Of a stretch of DNA of 64,000 nucleotides, positions 28,600 through 39,260 are shown in pieces. This stretch comes from Candidatus Doudnabacteria bacterium. GTDB lineage: Bacteria > Patescibacteriota > Doudnabacteria > UBA920. Made by a program: the position numbers and the translations under genes. The notes beneath the pieces are model-generated. The model was not told where the DNA came from, ran no database searches, and worked only from the letters and a program-made list of their open reading frames with translations. Position 1 is the stretch's first letter. The number at the start of each line of letters is the position of its first letter. Location of the stretch: positions 202,853 to 266,852 of the forward strand of contig CAWINB010000004.1 of NCBI GenBank assembly GCA_963837465.1, read 5' to 3'.

Positions 28600-28909
28600 A
28601 TTATCTCCAACTAAAAAACCACCAGAGATTGAACCGTCGATTGTTGCTACACAACAACAGTTTTCTCTGATGGCTTATTAGTAATATACCAATAAAAATA
28701 AGACCGTTCAATACCTATTGTTGTGTAGCAATTTAATTTTATAACATTTCTATGAGGGTGTACAATCGTTTATTAACAATTGCGATAAAGTATCGCCCTG
28801 TAATAACAATATGCAAAAACTTGGATACTTTTATATTGGTTTTTAGTCATATAATATATAGACTGAGGACAGATGGTGTCTTTACCGTCCATGCTGTCCA
28901 AAGACATCT

Positions 28910-30520
28910 TTAGAACTTCACACCTTCTACGCTTTCCTGTCCAGCATCGTCGTCTGCGGTAACGTCTTGTTCGTCCCCGGCTTTGTTTTGATTGGCTAGG
29001 ACAGCAGAGACGGCATTGACGGCATTTTCGTCCGTCTTTATTAAGCTAATGGTCCTTCCACCTGATTTGTCTTTTTCTACCTTAATCCCAATTGCAGCAA
29101 GGTTTGTGACGACCATTTCAAGCCTACGCCAGAGCCAGTTTGAGGTTTGCGGGAAATATTTGTTTTTGGTGTTAAGGCCAAGGCGTTCGGCTTCCGCAGT
29201 AAGTTCCCGTAATAAATCAGTAGGACTCGCTGTGTATTCCACCTGATCCCGCATGATCTCAATTACCACCTGGGCCACTAGCGAATCTTCAATGGCTTGG
29301 TAATTTTGCATAGCTAGGTTGGCTTTTAAGGCATTTACGAATTCCTCGTCCTTATGGCCTAAGGCGTTGCTAATAGCACAACCCCAGCGGACAAAATCAG
29401 CCATGCGCAAGTTCTCAATATCTTTGGGTAAAACTGTTTTCTCAAATAACTCCAGTGATCTCTTGACTGCGTCAAATAGTGCGCCGACCAAATGAGGTTT
29501 TGCCTTTGTAAACTTTGCCAACAGTTGGGCTTCGTCTTGATAGACTTCAGGCCTTTCAAGTTCAATTATTAATGAACGTTCCAACAGGTTAGGCTTGCTC
29601 ACAACGAGGTTAATTCCATTCATCGCCACAAGTCTACGGAAGCTGTAAATAATGTCGTCATCATCGCTGAAAAGTTCGCGTTTTGACATCGCCTCACCCG
29701 TAACTACGCGGCATAACATATCGGAAAAATTTGACTGTATGATAGACAAATTATCCAGTGGTAAAAGGTAGTGATGACTGGCAAGTTGAACGAATTCTTT
29801 GCTATCTCCAGTCGCTGTTAGCGTTTCCATTATTGATGGGTCAATCAACCTGCGGAGCAGTTTGCATAATGTAGTTTTACGGGAACCCTGCGCTCCGTGG
29901 ATTACCAAGACTGGATGAGGAAAATCAGGCACTATTCCAGCAACCATCCAAACCAGTAGTAATAATTTTTGTCCAGAATCTTTTGGCGTAGGGATAAAAT
30001 TATAGACTTCTTCTAAACTGCCTCCCGATATCGGCTCATCCTGGGCTCTCTGGTGTGAAAACCGATAAAACAATATCGGGGACGGATCAATAATTTTCCA
30101 GCCCTCTTTGCCGATTTCTACTGCTCTTCCGTCGCCAAGGTCGTAATAGATTTTATCCTTTAAAGTCGCAATCCGCACTTGCAACTTTATTTCCTCTCCA
30201 TCATGGGTAGCATGACCCTCAAGCGTCCTTACTGCGGTCTCAATCACGGCCGGGGAAACTGCTTTTTTTAATTCTTTCCAACCCAGGAATGACAGCCATT
30301 TTTTGAATTCTTTTGACTTAAGTTTTAAAACTTTTTTGCCATTGCCATCTATGGCCAAAAGTCCATTTTTAAACTGGTCAAAAAATAATTTAGATTTGCT
30401 GTTTAAAACCAAATTCACCAATTTTTTTGCCTGACTTTCATCCTCATCTTTTTCGCCCTCAATATTTCTTTCAATCTGTTGCAAAAGTTCTTCATCTTTT
30501 GTGTCTTTATTATCTTGCAT
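28910..30520 (-). CDS. P-loop NTPase of the primase-associated helicase type (VirE/D5/P4-like)
   Basis: Walker A VIHGAQGSRKTT and Walker B-like LLPLDNL. The acidic N- and C-termini and the 536 aa size are typical of mobile-element primase-helicases. Confidence 0.55.
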   Translation of the reverse strand: MQDNKDTKDEELLQQIERNIEGEKDEDESQAKKLVNLVLNSKSKLFFDQFKNGLLAIDGNGKKVLKLKSKEFKKWLSFLGWKELKKAVSPAVIETAVRTLEGHATHDGEEIKLQVRIATLKDKIYYDLGDGRAVEIGKEGWKIIDPSPILFYRFSHQRAQDEPISGGSLEEVYNFIPTPKDSGQKLLLLVWMVAGIVPDFPHPVLVIHGAQGSRKTTLCKLLRRLIDPSIMETLTATGDSKEFVQLASHHYLLPLDNLSIIQSNFSDMLCRVVTGEAMSKRELFSDDDDIIYSFRRLVAMNGINLVVSKPNLLERSLIIELERPEVYQDEAQLLAKFTKAKPHLVGALFDAVKRSLELFEKTVLPKDIENLRMADFVRWGCAISNALGHKDEEFVNALKANLAMQNYQAIEDSLVAQVVIEIMRDQVEYTASPTDLLRELTAEAERLGLNTKNKYFPQTSNWLWRRLEMVVTNLAAIGIKVEKDKSGGRTISLIKTDENAVNAVSAVLANQNKAGDEQDVTADDDAGQESVEGVKF

Positions 30521-30676
30521 ATTTTTGCTCCTCCCTAATTAATTTTGCCTTTTTTAATTTAGCTAACTTAAGACCCTTTCTAACTGCCCGACTTAAATTT
30601 TGACGATACGTAAGCCTCATTGCTTCTAAAAAATGCTGGGCTATGCGTCGTTTAAAACTTTTATTACCTTCAATTC

Positions 30677-31372
30677 TCATATATTTGAATCTCCTGTCAG
30701 TTGCCCGATTGCTTCTTTAAAAGCGCAACCTGTTTGCAACATAATTAGTTTTATTACGTCTCCCTGCATCCCGCAACCGAAACACTTAAAAGTATTAGTG
30801 CTGGTATAAATGGTAAACGAAGGTGTTTTTTCTTGATGTAGCATGCAAAGACCTACTTTGGTTTTGCCGCTCCGCCTCAACTTTCCTCGGTAAAAATTTT
30901 CTATAGGGACTTGTTTAGCATAATTTATCTGCTCTTGGGTTAGCCGTCCCTTTAAGACCTTGCCTCTTTTAATCCACAATAACCCCATGACTCGGTAAAT
31001 CTGTTTTTTCGCTTCAATTATTTTTTGGACTTCGTACGACTTCAGCCCTTGCCGCAGAAACCAAAGGTCGTTGGAATTTTTGGCAATAAGTTTAAAGGTT
31101 TTGAGTTTTTTACGAATTTCCGTAGATATAATTTGCTTGACGTTTTCCCAATCCTTGATTTTTTGTACCAACAAAGCTTCGTCTACTTCAGGGAAAATTT
31201 TTAATAGTTCTATTTCCGTGTATCTTACTTGGTGAAAGCGGTAATATTCTTCTTCAAGTTTCAAAAGATAAAGTAGTTGCCTATGCTCGGCCTCATCTTT
31301 TAAATCTGCTTCATTTAATATTTTCATCTTTAGCTGATTTTTTACCTTTCTGCTTAGCGACCAGTTCTTCAT
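30677..31372 (-). CDS. DNA primase zinc-finger (zf-CHC2) domain protein
   Basis: The C-terminal CMLHQEKTPSFTIY...FKCFGCGMQGDVIKL matches the DnaG/P4 primase CHC2 finger (C..H..PS......F.CFGCG..GD.I.). Confidence 0.6.
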   Translation of the reverse strand: MKNWSLSRKVKNQLKMKILNEADLKDEAEHRQLLYLLKLEEEYYRFHQVRYTEIELLKIFPEVDEALLVQKIKDWENVKQIISTEIRKKLKTFKLIAKNSNDLWFLRQGLKSYEVQKIIEAKKQIYRVMGLLWIKRGKVLKGRLTQEQINYAKQVPIENFYRGKLRRSGKTKVGLCMLHQEKTPSFTIYTSTNTFKCFGCGMQGDVIKLIMLQTGCAFKEAIGQLTGDSNI

Positions 31373-31585
31373 AAATGAAAAGTATTGATCGGCAGTATTC
31401 TGCCAAGTTTGGAGAAAGCTGGTCGCTAAGATTTAATAATTTTTTTTCTGGATCCATGCATTAATTATAAAATTTTCCAGAAAAATATTTTATTTCAACT
31501 TGTTTACTGTACAAAATAAAAAACGGCTAACTTTAGCCGTTTAAAAAAATTTATTAACAATAACCAAAAGTAAACAAACGGTAAA

Positions 31586-32590
31586 CTAATCGTCTTGCGT
31601 AAATTTTATATCATACCTATCGTAGTTTAACCTATACCCCCCAGTAGGAACTTTTTCAATTAACTTATAATGCAAATTCAATTTTTCTTGAAAATGTCGG
31701 TTAATTTCATTTACCGCTGTAGTGACAACAGTATAGCGGGTCTTTAATATTGCTATTAATAAGGGACCTGTTAAAAATCCGTTCTCTAAAGATTTTACCA
31801 AGACCATACGTTTGCGACTAATCGGATACTTCAACTCCCCAAGATCTCCAATTCTCCAAATGCCTTTGTTTCCAGATATATAAATTTGCATGCCGGTATG
31901 ATAGTCTGCCGGTTTGGGAACTTTAACTTTTTCGTATGGATTTTTATTTTTAGACAATGGCTTTAATAGTTCAACTGAATATTCATAACAATGAAGCTTG
32001 GAAGAAATATCATAATCCAAAAATAGACGCAATGATACGTTTAAAATTTTTATAAAGCCGTCATCGCTTATAGCCTGTATTGCTTCGCTAAGTGACACTG
32101 CCTGGTAATCATCTTGAGCGACTTTAAATAAATCCTTTTCAGTAAAGATAAACTTATCGCTATCCGCTCTTGACTTCGCTTCCAAAAGGGCTCGTGTCAA
32201 AATATTTTTCTGCTGTTCAATTTTATAAAATTTTTTGGGTATACAATTCTGGTTATTAAAAAACCAATTGGCAACCTCAAACACATTTTTCCAGTTAACG
32301 CCTTTCAAATGGTAAGCATATTCTACACGGTCATCCCCAGGCTCTCTTTCCACATCAACAACTCTAATTTGGTAGCTTTTAAATAAGCCCCACATATTAA
32401 ACCTCTCCACGCAGTTTTTTAAATCATTATCAACATCATCAATTATCATTTCCCCATCAGTTGCCCCGAATTGATAATTTTTTATAATCCCATTGAGCAG
32501 TTTAATTTCTGCCTCCGTTGGGTTCTGCATTAGGTCAGTTAGATGAATCATGGTTGTCACTCGGTTAAAACCGGATTTTTTAAAATTCAC
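31586..32590 (-). CDS. Hypothetical protein, 334 aa
   Basis: AT-rich ORF. No motif recognised. Confidence 0.35.
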   Translation of the reverse strand: MNFKKSGFNRVTTMIHLTDLMQNPTEAEIKLLNGIIKNYQFGATDGEMIIDDVDNDLKNCVERFNMWGLFKSYQIRVVDVEREPGDDRVEYAYHLKGVNWKNVFEVANWFFNNQNCIPKKFYKIEQQKNILTRALLEAKSRADSDKFIFTEKDLFKVAQDDYQAVSLSEAIQAISDDGFIKILNVSLRLFLDYDISSKLHCYEYSVELLKPLSKNKNPYEKVKVPKPADYHTGMQIYISGNKGIWRIGDLGELKYPISRKRMVLVKSLENGFLTGPLLIAILKTRYTVVTTAVNEINRHFQEKLNLHYKLIEKVPTGGYRLNYDRYDIKFTQDD

Positions 32591-32901
32591 AATGTCTATA
32601 CAGGGAACGTTTTTTATCGTTTTGTTCTATTATAGCCCTGCTTAATTAAGCTGGCAATTATTCACTTTAAGCTGATTTTGGTATATAATAGTAATGGAAA
32701 ATTTAACACCTAAACCGTAATTTTTACGGCATGGTGTGACAAAAAACGATTGAAGTTCAAGGGTGGTCATCCACCTTGCTTTACTTCAATCGTCATAGCC
32801 GAAAGGTTATGGGCAAATCCGAAAGGACGAGCCGAGCAAGCTCTGGATGGCCTTTTTGTTTGGCTAACCAACTTGCTCCTTAACAATTAAAACAATAAAA
32901 A

Positions 32902-33705
32902 ATGGATAAAAACATTACAAATGCTGTCTCCACAGAATCCAAAACTATTAATAAAGATGAAATGAAAGAGCTGCAAAAAAATAAAAAAATTGGTTTCATC
33001 GTTGGAATTATAGGGTTAGTTCTTTTGCCTGTTTATGGCCTTGGCATACTTCTGTTGCTACTAGCAGTATGGTTTTGGAATGGAAAGAAAATTCCAAAAA
33101 TTGTTAAATCTGTTACTGATTTTTCAAAGGATTCAAAACAAGAAAAAATTTTTTGGGATTTGATGAATGGAAAATATGGCCATACCGATCTAGGCGTAGG
33201 AGATATTATAATGTTGTATATTATCAGCTTAGTAAGAGAACTTCGTGTTGGAGATTTTCCCATCAAAAGTGCAACTGACCAAAATAGCTTTAATAAAAAT
33301 ATAATACAGGAAAGTAACGGGTCATTTAAAAATATTCAAATATTATGTGACGCTATGGAAGAAAAAAAGAAAATCAGTAAAGAACTCTTTAACAAGATTA
33401 CTTTTATTTCTACTGATGCTGAGGCACTTAAAAAATTTGAAGATTTTAAAAATGATATGATGAATCGTAATATTGAAGGAATTGACAAAGTTTTATCGTC
33501 TATTATTGATGCGGCAAAAGATCCAAAAAACGAAACTACGGTCTTGGAGGCCATGAATAAGTTTGGGGAGGACGGTATTTACGACCCACTTTATAAAAAA
33601 ATCCAAGAAAAAGAAACGGCAAAAAAATTAAAAGAAACTCTTAACGATTGGGAATACTTAAATATGCTAAGGTGGTGTATAGCAAGTTTTAAAGCAAGAA
33701 GCTAA
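32902..33705 (+). CDS. Membrane-anchored hypothetical protein
   Basis: 267 aa ORF with one N-terminal TM hairpin. A terminator hairpin follows at 33735..33770 (AAAAGCTCCCC...GGGGAGCTTTTTTG). Confidence 0.4.
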   Translation: MDKNITNAVSTESKTINKDEMKELQKNKKIGFIVGIIGLVLLPVYGLGILLLLLAVWFWNGKKIPKIVKSVTDFSKDSKQEKIFWDLMNGKYGHTDLGVGDIIMLYIISLVRELRVGDFPIKSATDQNSFNKNIIQESNGSFKNIQILCDAMEEKKKISKELFNKITFISTDAEALKKFEDFKNDMMNRNIEGIDKVLSSIIDAAKDPKNETTVLEAMNKFGEDGIYDPLYKKIQEKETAKKLKETLNDWEYLNMLRWCIASFKARS

Positions 33706-33846
33706 AAAATGAAAAACTTAAAAAAATAATTATTTTAAAAGCTCCCTTGTAATGGGGAGCTTTTTTGTATGAGGTTTTATACGGCCAACCTCGGATAAGT
33801 GTTCTGCCGGTCAATCTTCTTTCACAAAACTACACATCTGTTAGAG

Positions 33847-34239
33847 TTAGCCGATAGCCTCTTGTAATTTTCTTTCGTATTCCAAATCTACTTCTCCGTC
33901 AATATCTGGTTGTAATTCTTCTATCTGTTGTTCAGACCGTTCGGCTATAATTCCCTTATTTCTAGATCGGATTTCACGAAGTATGCCAGCCAATGGACCT
34001 TCCGTAGGAGTTGAAATTTCCATGCTGTCCTTAACCTTACCTAATGACCTGTCAAAAACTTCTTTTAATGCAGAAACCTCACCAGATTTAGCTTTCTCAA
34101 TCAGAGCTTCAACTAGCTCTTTTTTATTTGCTATAACCTGCTCTATCATATACTGCCGAAAGGTTATGGCTTCCAGCGTATGGCTAGCTAAACTGCCTTT
34201 TGGCCTGCCTGAGTTTTTGCGTTTTCCGCCGTGATTCAT
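33847..34239 (-). CDS. Hypothetical protein with a basic GGKRKNSGRPKG N-terminus
   Basis: 130 aa ORF. The GRPKG-type motif is reminiscent of phage small terminase or AT-hook-like DNA binders, but the assignment is weak. Confidence 0.3.
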   Translation of the reverse strand: MNHGGKRKNSGRPKGSLASHTLEAITFRQYMIEQVIANKKELVEALIEKAKSGEVSALKEVFDRSLGKVKDSMEISTPTEGPLAGILREIRSRNKGIIAERSEQQIEELQPDIDGEVDLEYERKLQEAIG

Positions 34240-34375
34240 AAAACTTGGTTAAATAATCAAATAACCAAGTTTATTATAATTGGTCTGCCAGTCCTGTAAA
34301 CGGATTAATTTTACTCTTTATAATAAGCCAATTTAGGTATATTATATATAAGTACACTTATTTTTATACTATAAA

Positions 34376-35314
34376 ATGCCTACTAAATTTAAACCAGGGG
34401 AGATAATTGATAAAGTATATATGGTTGAAGAAGCCTTTACAGGAGGTTCATTTGGGCATGCTTATAAAATAAAAAATGGTACAGGCTATGAAGTTATAAA
34501 AATCTGTGCAGAACCTGCTGGTACAACCGAAGCACTAAGATTTGTGCAAGAAAATGATTTTTTGTACAAACTATTTCCAAACCCCGCTATTATTGAGCCA
34601 CTAAGTAAAATCAGCCCATTAAATCCCGACAGTATTTATTATAGGATGAAGTTTGCTGATTATAATCTAGAAACTTATCTAGACGATTTTGAATCAAGCC
34701 TTGACCTAAATAGTAAATTGTCTATATTCAAAGGAATATGCGAGGGCTTAAAGCATGCACATGCAAATAAAATTTTGCATAGAGATTTGCATTGGGGGAA
34801 TATTTTAATTGACATGCTAAATAACATGCCAGTCCCTAAACTGACCGATTTTGGAAGATCTAAAGATCTAAAAGCTTTAATAGCATTATCATCAAATCCT
34901 GGAATTTGGGGAGAATTTGTTTGTCCACCAGAAATAAGGTTTAGGATTTGGGATAAACTTCCGACAAATTATATGGAGGGTGATATATACTCTTTGGGGA
35001 TTATATTTTATTATATATTAGGGGCTATGCCGAACTTCCCATTTATATTTCAAAATGAAATTATAAATTTTTTAAGAAATAAAAAGGTGACTCTTAAGAC
35101 AGTTAATGATGAAAGTATCCGTCATGGTTTGTATAAAGAATGGCTAGGAACCCTCACAGACCAAAAGATTAATAGTCATCTCAGCATTTTAATAAATGGA
35201 AGTGCGGTAATAAATGACAAAATTAATACCATTTTAAAAAAACTTAGCCATCCTAATTATGAGTTGCGGTATCGTTCGGTAGAGGATGTGTTAAAAGAAA
35301 TAGCAACACTATAA
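34376..35314 (+). CDS. Ser/Thr protein kinase-like protein
   Basis: Glycine loop GGSFGHAY, a VIKI lysine, catalytic loop HRDLHWGNILI and DFG motif LTDFGRS. Confidence 0.7.
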   Translation: MPTKFKPGEIIDKVYMVEEAFTGGSFGHAYKIKNGTGYEVIKICAEPAGTTEALRFVQENDFLYKLFPNPAIIEPLSKISPLNPDSIYYRMKFADYNLETYLDDFESSLDLNSKLSIFKGICEGLKHAHANKILHRDLHWGNILIDMLNNMPVPKLTDFGRSKDLKALIALSSNPGIWGEFVCPPEIRFRIWDKLPTNYMEGDIYSLGIIFYYILGAMPNFPFIFQNEIINFLRNKKVTLKTVNDESIRHGLYKEWLGTLTDQKINSHLSILINGSAVINDKINTILKKLSHPNYELRYRSVEDVLKEIATL

Positions 35315-37086
35315 TGGAAGACTTATTAATAATTCGTAATGCCACCAAAGCACAGCCAGCAGAAATTATTGCTGACCCTAATTTGGATTTGCCAGATTTT
35401 TATTTAGACCAAAAAAATCCGGAAAAAAATAAGTATTATGAAAAAGAAAAGTCCGAAGACTATTCCTTTTTAAGTAAAAATTTAAATAAAGAATTCCTAA
35501 AAAATCAATACAAAATAGCAAAATCAAATTTTGCAAGAAAAAAAAGCACCAGGAATGCTTACGCATTAGGTGAAATATTTTTATTAAAAAAAATCTTTTC
35601 CACTGCTAAAAATTATTACAAAATTAGCATAGAACTTGATAAGTCTTTTCTGCCTGCTTATGAAAAATTAGTATTGGTGTCCATAATTCTAAACGAAACA
35701 GATAGGGCAAATTACTATTATAAATTGCTTTTAGAAGTTTCCAATCATAGACCAGATCTAGTTCATAGTTACGCGCTTTTTAGAGTTGCAAGCTCTGCTG
35801 GAGATAAAACGACTTTGGATGAGACGCTCAAAGACTTAGATCAAATTTTAGCTCTGCAACCATTGGATATTGCCGCAATAAATAGTTATGGATTTATTTT
35901 ACTAAATTTTTACCAAAAACTTGATGAGGCACAACAGTATTTTGAGAAGGCTTTAGAAATAGATTCTACCTTTGTTCACTCAATGAATAATTTAGCGGTT
36001 TGTTATATTCATAAAAATGACTTAACAAAGGCTATATCACTACTTGAAAAAGCAATAAAAATCCATCCAAACTATGTGATGGCATATCAAAATTTAGCTG
36101 GCATATATTTTAGAACAAATAAATTAGCAGAAGTGTCCAAGATACTTAAGCAAGCAGTAAAAAATAATATTACCTTATCTGACGAAACCAAACATCTGTC
36201 TGGTTGGCTTTTAATTCTTACTCATAAATATGAGGAGGCAAAAAATTGGTACCTGAAAGAAATAATGGGAGAGCCAGGAAATAATCTTTTATATAACAAT
36301 TTAGGGTACGCATACCAACAACTCAAAGATTTAAACAAAGCAGAAGAATACTATAAACAGGCTGTTGATATAGCGAAAAGAAGAAAGGCAAAAAATTTAT
36401 TTGTTGATGACAGATCTCTTTTTGCCTTTTATAATCTTGGCCGACTTTTTCAATTTTTTGGTAAAGTTGACGAACTCCATAAAATTTCAAATGATATTCT
36501 TAATTGGAAGCCCGAAGATCCTTTTGGCCAATATTTGTATGGGAGCGCTTTAGTCATAGATGGTAAGCATGATGCCGCTAAAAAACAATTATTAAAGGTA
36601 GTTGAAAAATATCCGAAACTTCCAGAAACCTATCAAGACCTTTCTTACATATATGACTCTATAGATAAAGATTATAAAGCTTCTATTGATTTGTTGAATG
36701 ATGCCATAAAAATTGGAATTAACTTACCTATAATTTATAATAACTTGGCAATAGCCTATATAAATTTAGGAGACTTTAAAAATGCAGAGGACACGCTTAA
36801 TAAAATAACGGATGATTGTGAGCCTACAATAATTGCAACCCGGGGACTTTTAGCTTTTAGAAAAAATGATTCGGAGAAAGGTAATAAATATTACAAAAAA
36901 GCTGTCGATGAAATTAAACCGCAATTAAAAAATTTGGCGAATCAAATTTGGTTATATGAGCAAGCATTTTATTTCTTTCGTACTGGAAAGTTAGAAGAAG
37001 CAAAGATAAAACTCAAAGAATCAAAGAAAATGGGTAAATCATATATGACTAAGGATATAACCGAATTAGAAAATAAACTGACCTAA
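35314..37086 (+). CDS. TPR-repeat protein
   Basis: 590 aa ORF with multiple 34-aa TPR-like repeats (A..YY..AL..DP....A.NNLG..Y). Its start overlaps the kinase stop (ATAATGG). Confidence 0.7.
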   Translation: MEDLLIIRNATKAQPAEIIADPNLDLPDFYLDQKNPEKNKYYEKEKSEDYSFLSKNLNKEFLKNQYKIAKSNFARKKSTRNAYALGEIFLLKKIFSTAKNYYKISIELDKSFLPAYEKLVLVSIILNETDRANYYYKLLLEVSNHRPDLVHSYALFRVASSAGDKTTLDETLKDLDQILALQPLDIAAINSYGFILLNFYQKLDEAQQYFEKALEIDSTFVHSMNNLAVCYIHKNDLTKAISLLEKAIKIHPNYVMAYQNLAGIYFRTNKLAEVSKILKQAVKNNITLSDETKHLSGWLLILTHKYEEAKNWYLKEIMGEPGNNLLYNNLGYAYQQLKDLNKAEEYYKQAVDIAKRRKAKNLFVDDRSLFAFYNLGRLFQFFGKVDELHKISNDILNWKPEDPFGQYLYGSALVIDGKHDAAKKQLLKVVEKYPKLPETYQDLSYIYDSIDKDYKASIDLLNDAIKIGINLPIIYNNLAIAYINLGDFKNAEDTLNKITDDCEPTIIATRGLLAFRKNDSEKGNKYYKKAVDEIKPQLKNLANQIWLYEQAFYFFRTGKLEEAKIKLKESKKMGKSYMTKDITELENKLT

Positions 37087-37126
37087 ATCATATATTTTTG
37101 TTTAAATTAAAATATTTATTAACCGT

Positions 37127-37657
37127 ATGAAAATTTCCTCAATGATACTATTTCCACATAATCCTCATTCTAGTAAGCTAGATAGATTTATCAAAGTGAT
37201 ACTGTTAGTAGGGGTTTTAACCTTTTTTATCTTAATATATGAAAATATCATCGTACCTGCCCAGCAACGCCAGCCTTATTATGCCTTTTCTTTTCAAAAT
37301 AACTATGATACATTTCCGGAAAAAGAAATTTATTGTAATTTAAAGCCTCTATGCATGAACCCAGATCAAATTGTCATTTCTTATGACACTTATGCTGATA
37401 ATACAGCCGAAAAAAATTATGTATCACAGGCAATGATACAAAATGTTGATAACCAACAAATATTGAACCACTTAGAAAATGATGGGGCAATTAACGTAGC
37501 CCAACTAAAAGCTAAAGACATTAATGATTACCAAGACTACGTCAATCAAGCGATTACCCGAACTATTTTATATACAATTATTGCCTATTTTTTTGCTACG
37601 CAAATACTTTATAGAATTTTTTTATATATTGTTTATGGTAAGACGAAACAAGTTTAA
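37127..37657 (+). CDS. Membrane hypothetical protein (N- and C-terminal TM segments)
   Basis: 176 aa ORF with no recognised motif. Confidence 0.35.
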   Translation: MKISSMILFPHNPHSSKLDRFIKVILLVGVLTFFILIYENIIVPAQQRQPYYAFSFQNNYDTFPEKEIYCNLKPLCMNPDQIVISYDTYADNTAEKNYVSQAMIQNVDNQQILNHLENDGAINVAQLKAKDINDYQDYVNQAITRTILYTIIAYFFATQILYRIFLYIVYGKTKQV

Positions 37658-37666
37658 TTTAAAAAA

Positions 37667-37981
37667 ATGCGCAACATTAATAAGTCAGTTGCTATAATTA
37701 TACCTAAAAAGCCCTTTGCAAACTGGGCTAATCATCTGCCAGGTGTTGACACGGAACTTAGCTTTAACGAGCTTAAAAAATATGCTAAAGCTATTTTGCT
37801 AGAAAAATTTACAACTTCTAAAGAAGCCAAGGAAGTATTCAGTCAAACATGGAATGAGGTTTTTGAAGAGTATCTAACAAGCTGGTCTAACGACGTGGAT
37901 TATTGGCCAACAGGTAGAACCAAAGAATTATTTTACAAATGGTTTGATGTAGAATTTTATTCTAACGTTTTAGATCTATAG
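37667..37981 (+). CDS. Small hypothetical protein
   Basis: 104 aa ORF with no recognised motif. Confidence 0.3.
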   Translation: MRNINKSVAIIIPKKPFANWANHLPGVDTELSFNELKKYAKAILLEKFTTSKEAKEVFSQTWNEVFEEYLTSWSNDVDYWPTGRTKELFYKWFDVEFYSNVLDL

Positions 37982-38002
37982 AAAGATAAAAAATAAAAAT
38001 TT

Positions 38003-38578
38003 ATGGATTATAAGATATTCGTTAGTATAATTTCAGTCATCCTTGTTTTTGTAGGATACGGCCCGTACATTCGGGATATTTTTAAGCGAAAGACAACCCC
38101 ACATACTTTTACTTTTTTGGTTTGGGGTATTTCAAGTTCAATTACTTGGGCTTTACAAGTGATGGGGGGGGCTGGAGTGGGTGCGTGGATAACATTTGCG
38201 GTTTCTGCCGTGTGTATATTTATTTTTTTCCTGTGTCTAAAATATGGTGAAAAAAGTATCGCTATTTCAGACGTTGTATTTTTAATACTTGCCCTGTTTT
38301 CGCTTTTTCTTTGGCTTGTGGTAAAACAGCCAGTCTTGTCAGTAATACTTGTGGTTTTAACGGATATATTAGGTTTTGGGCCAACTATAAGAAAGTCTTG
38401 GAATAAACCTCATTCCGAAACATTATTTACTTGGTGGGTCGCGGCATTTAGGCACGCATTAGGTATTATTGCCTTACAAAAGTTTAATATTTTTACACTT
38501 CTTTATCCAGTAGCCTGGACGATAGCCAACTTAATTTTTTGTCTAATTTTGCTTATAAGACGTAAGCAAATTAAGTAA
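38003..38578 (+). CDS. Polytopic membrane protein (about 6 TM)
   Basis: 191 aa ORF made up almost entirely of hydrophobic helices. Confidence 0.45.
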   Translation: MDYKIFVSIISVILVFVGYGPYIRDIFKRKTTPHTFTFLVWGISSSITWALQVMGGAGVGAWITFAVSAVCIFIFFLCLKYGEKSIAISDVVFLILALFSLFLWLVVKQPVLSVILVVLTDILGFGPTIRKSWNKPHSETLFTWWVAAFRHALGIIALQKFNIFTLLYPVAWTIANLIFCLILLIRRKQIK

Positions 38579-38590
38579 ATTTGTCCTTTT

Positions 38591-38980
38591 ATGGAACGTG
38601 CAGAAACATTAGGCCTTTTGGCCTTTAAAAACTGGGTAGGAGATCGGGGCGAAATCCTTAATACTTCTAGGGATGGAGTTGGGTATGATTGCAAAGTAAA
38701 ATGGAAGGACACGGGCTTGGCCGAAACATACGAAATTAAAGGAACAGCAAAAGTATTGAAAATTCCCGATATGAGCGTCGTTGAATTTGATGAAAGCCAT
38801 AGATTAAAGGCCGATTTTCTTTTTGTGGCCGGAAACGTATTTGAAACTGGTAAAGAAGTGCTGTTTAAAATTCCAAGAGAAGCCTTAACTGAAGAAAATC
38901 TAAAACTGAAACAAACCTATCATATAAGGCTTTTCCAAAACCAAAAGAAAATGGGGAAATACCGCCTTACCAGTAATTAA
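38591..38980 (+). CDS. Stand-alone DUF3883 (NOV C-terminal, restriction-endonuclease-like) domain protein
   Basis: G.RGE...GVGYDCKV...ETYEIKGT matches the remembered DUF3883 signature G..GE...GyDi...yIEVKtT. Confidence 0.5.
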   Translation: MERAETLGLLAFKNWVGDRGEILNTSRDGVGYDCKVKWKDTGLAETYEIKGTAKVLKIPDMSVVEFDESHRLKADFLFVAGNVFETGKEVLFKIPREALTEENLKLKQTYHIRLFQNQKKMGKYRLTSN

Positions 38981-39260
38981 ATTGCTCTGATAAGGCAAAC
39001 CCGTCTGAAATAAAAAATTGACCTCAGATGAGGTCTTTGTGTAGAATGTATATAATATCGGCTTGGCTATTTAGATCATTCCTGACGTTAGCAGTGAACT
39101 CTGGGATAACCCTAATAAGGCCTGATAGATGTCCTTAACCAAACGAGCAAATAGTTTTCCAATTGGTTCTATATGCTCCACCAAAAAAAGCGCCGAGACT
39201 TTTTGGGCGCTTGTTAGTAAAAATAAAAAGTGGTATAATTAAGATAATTAAACTTATCTT

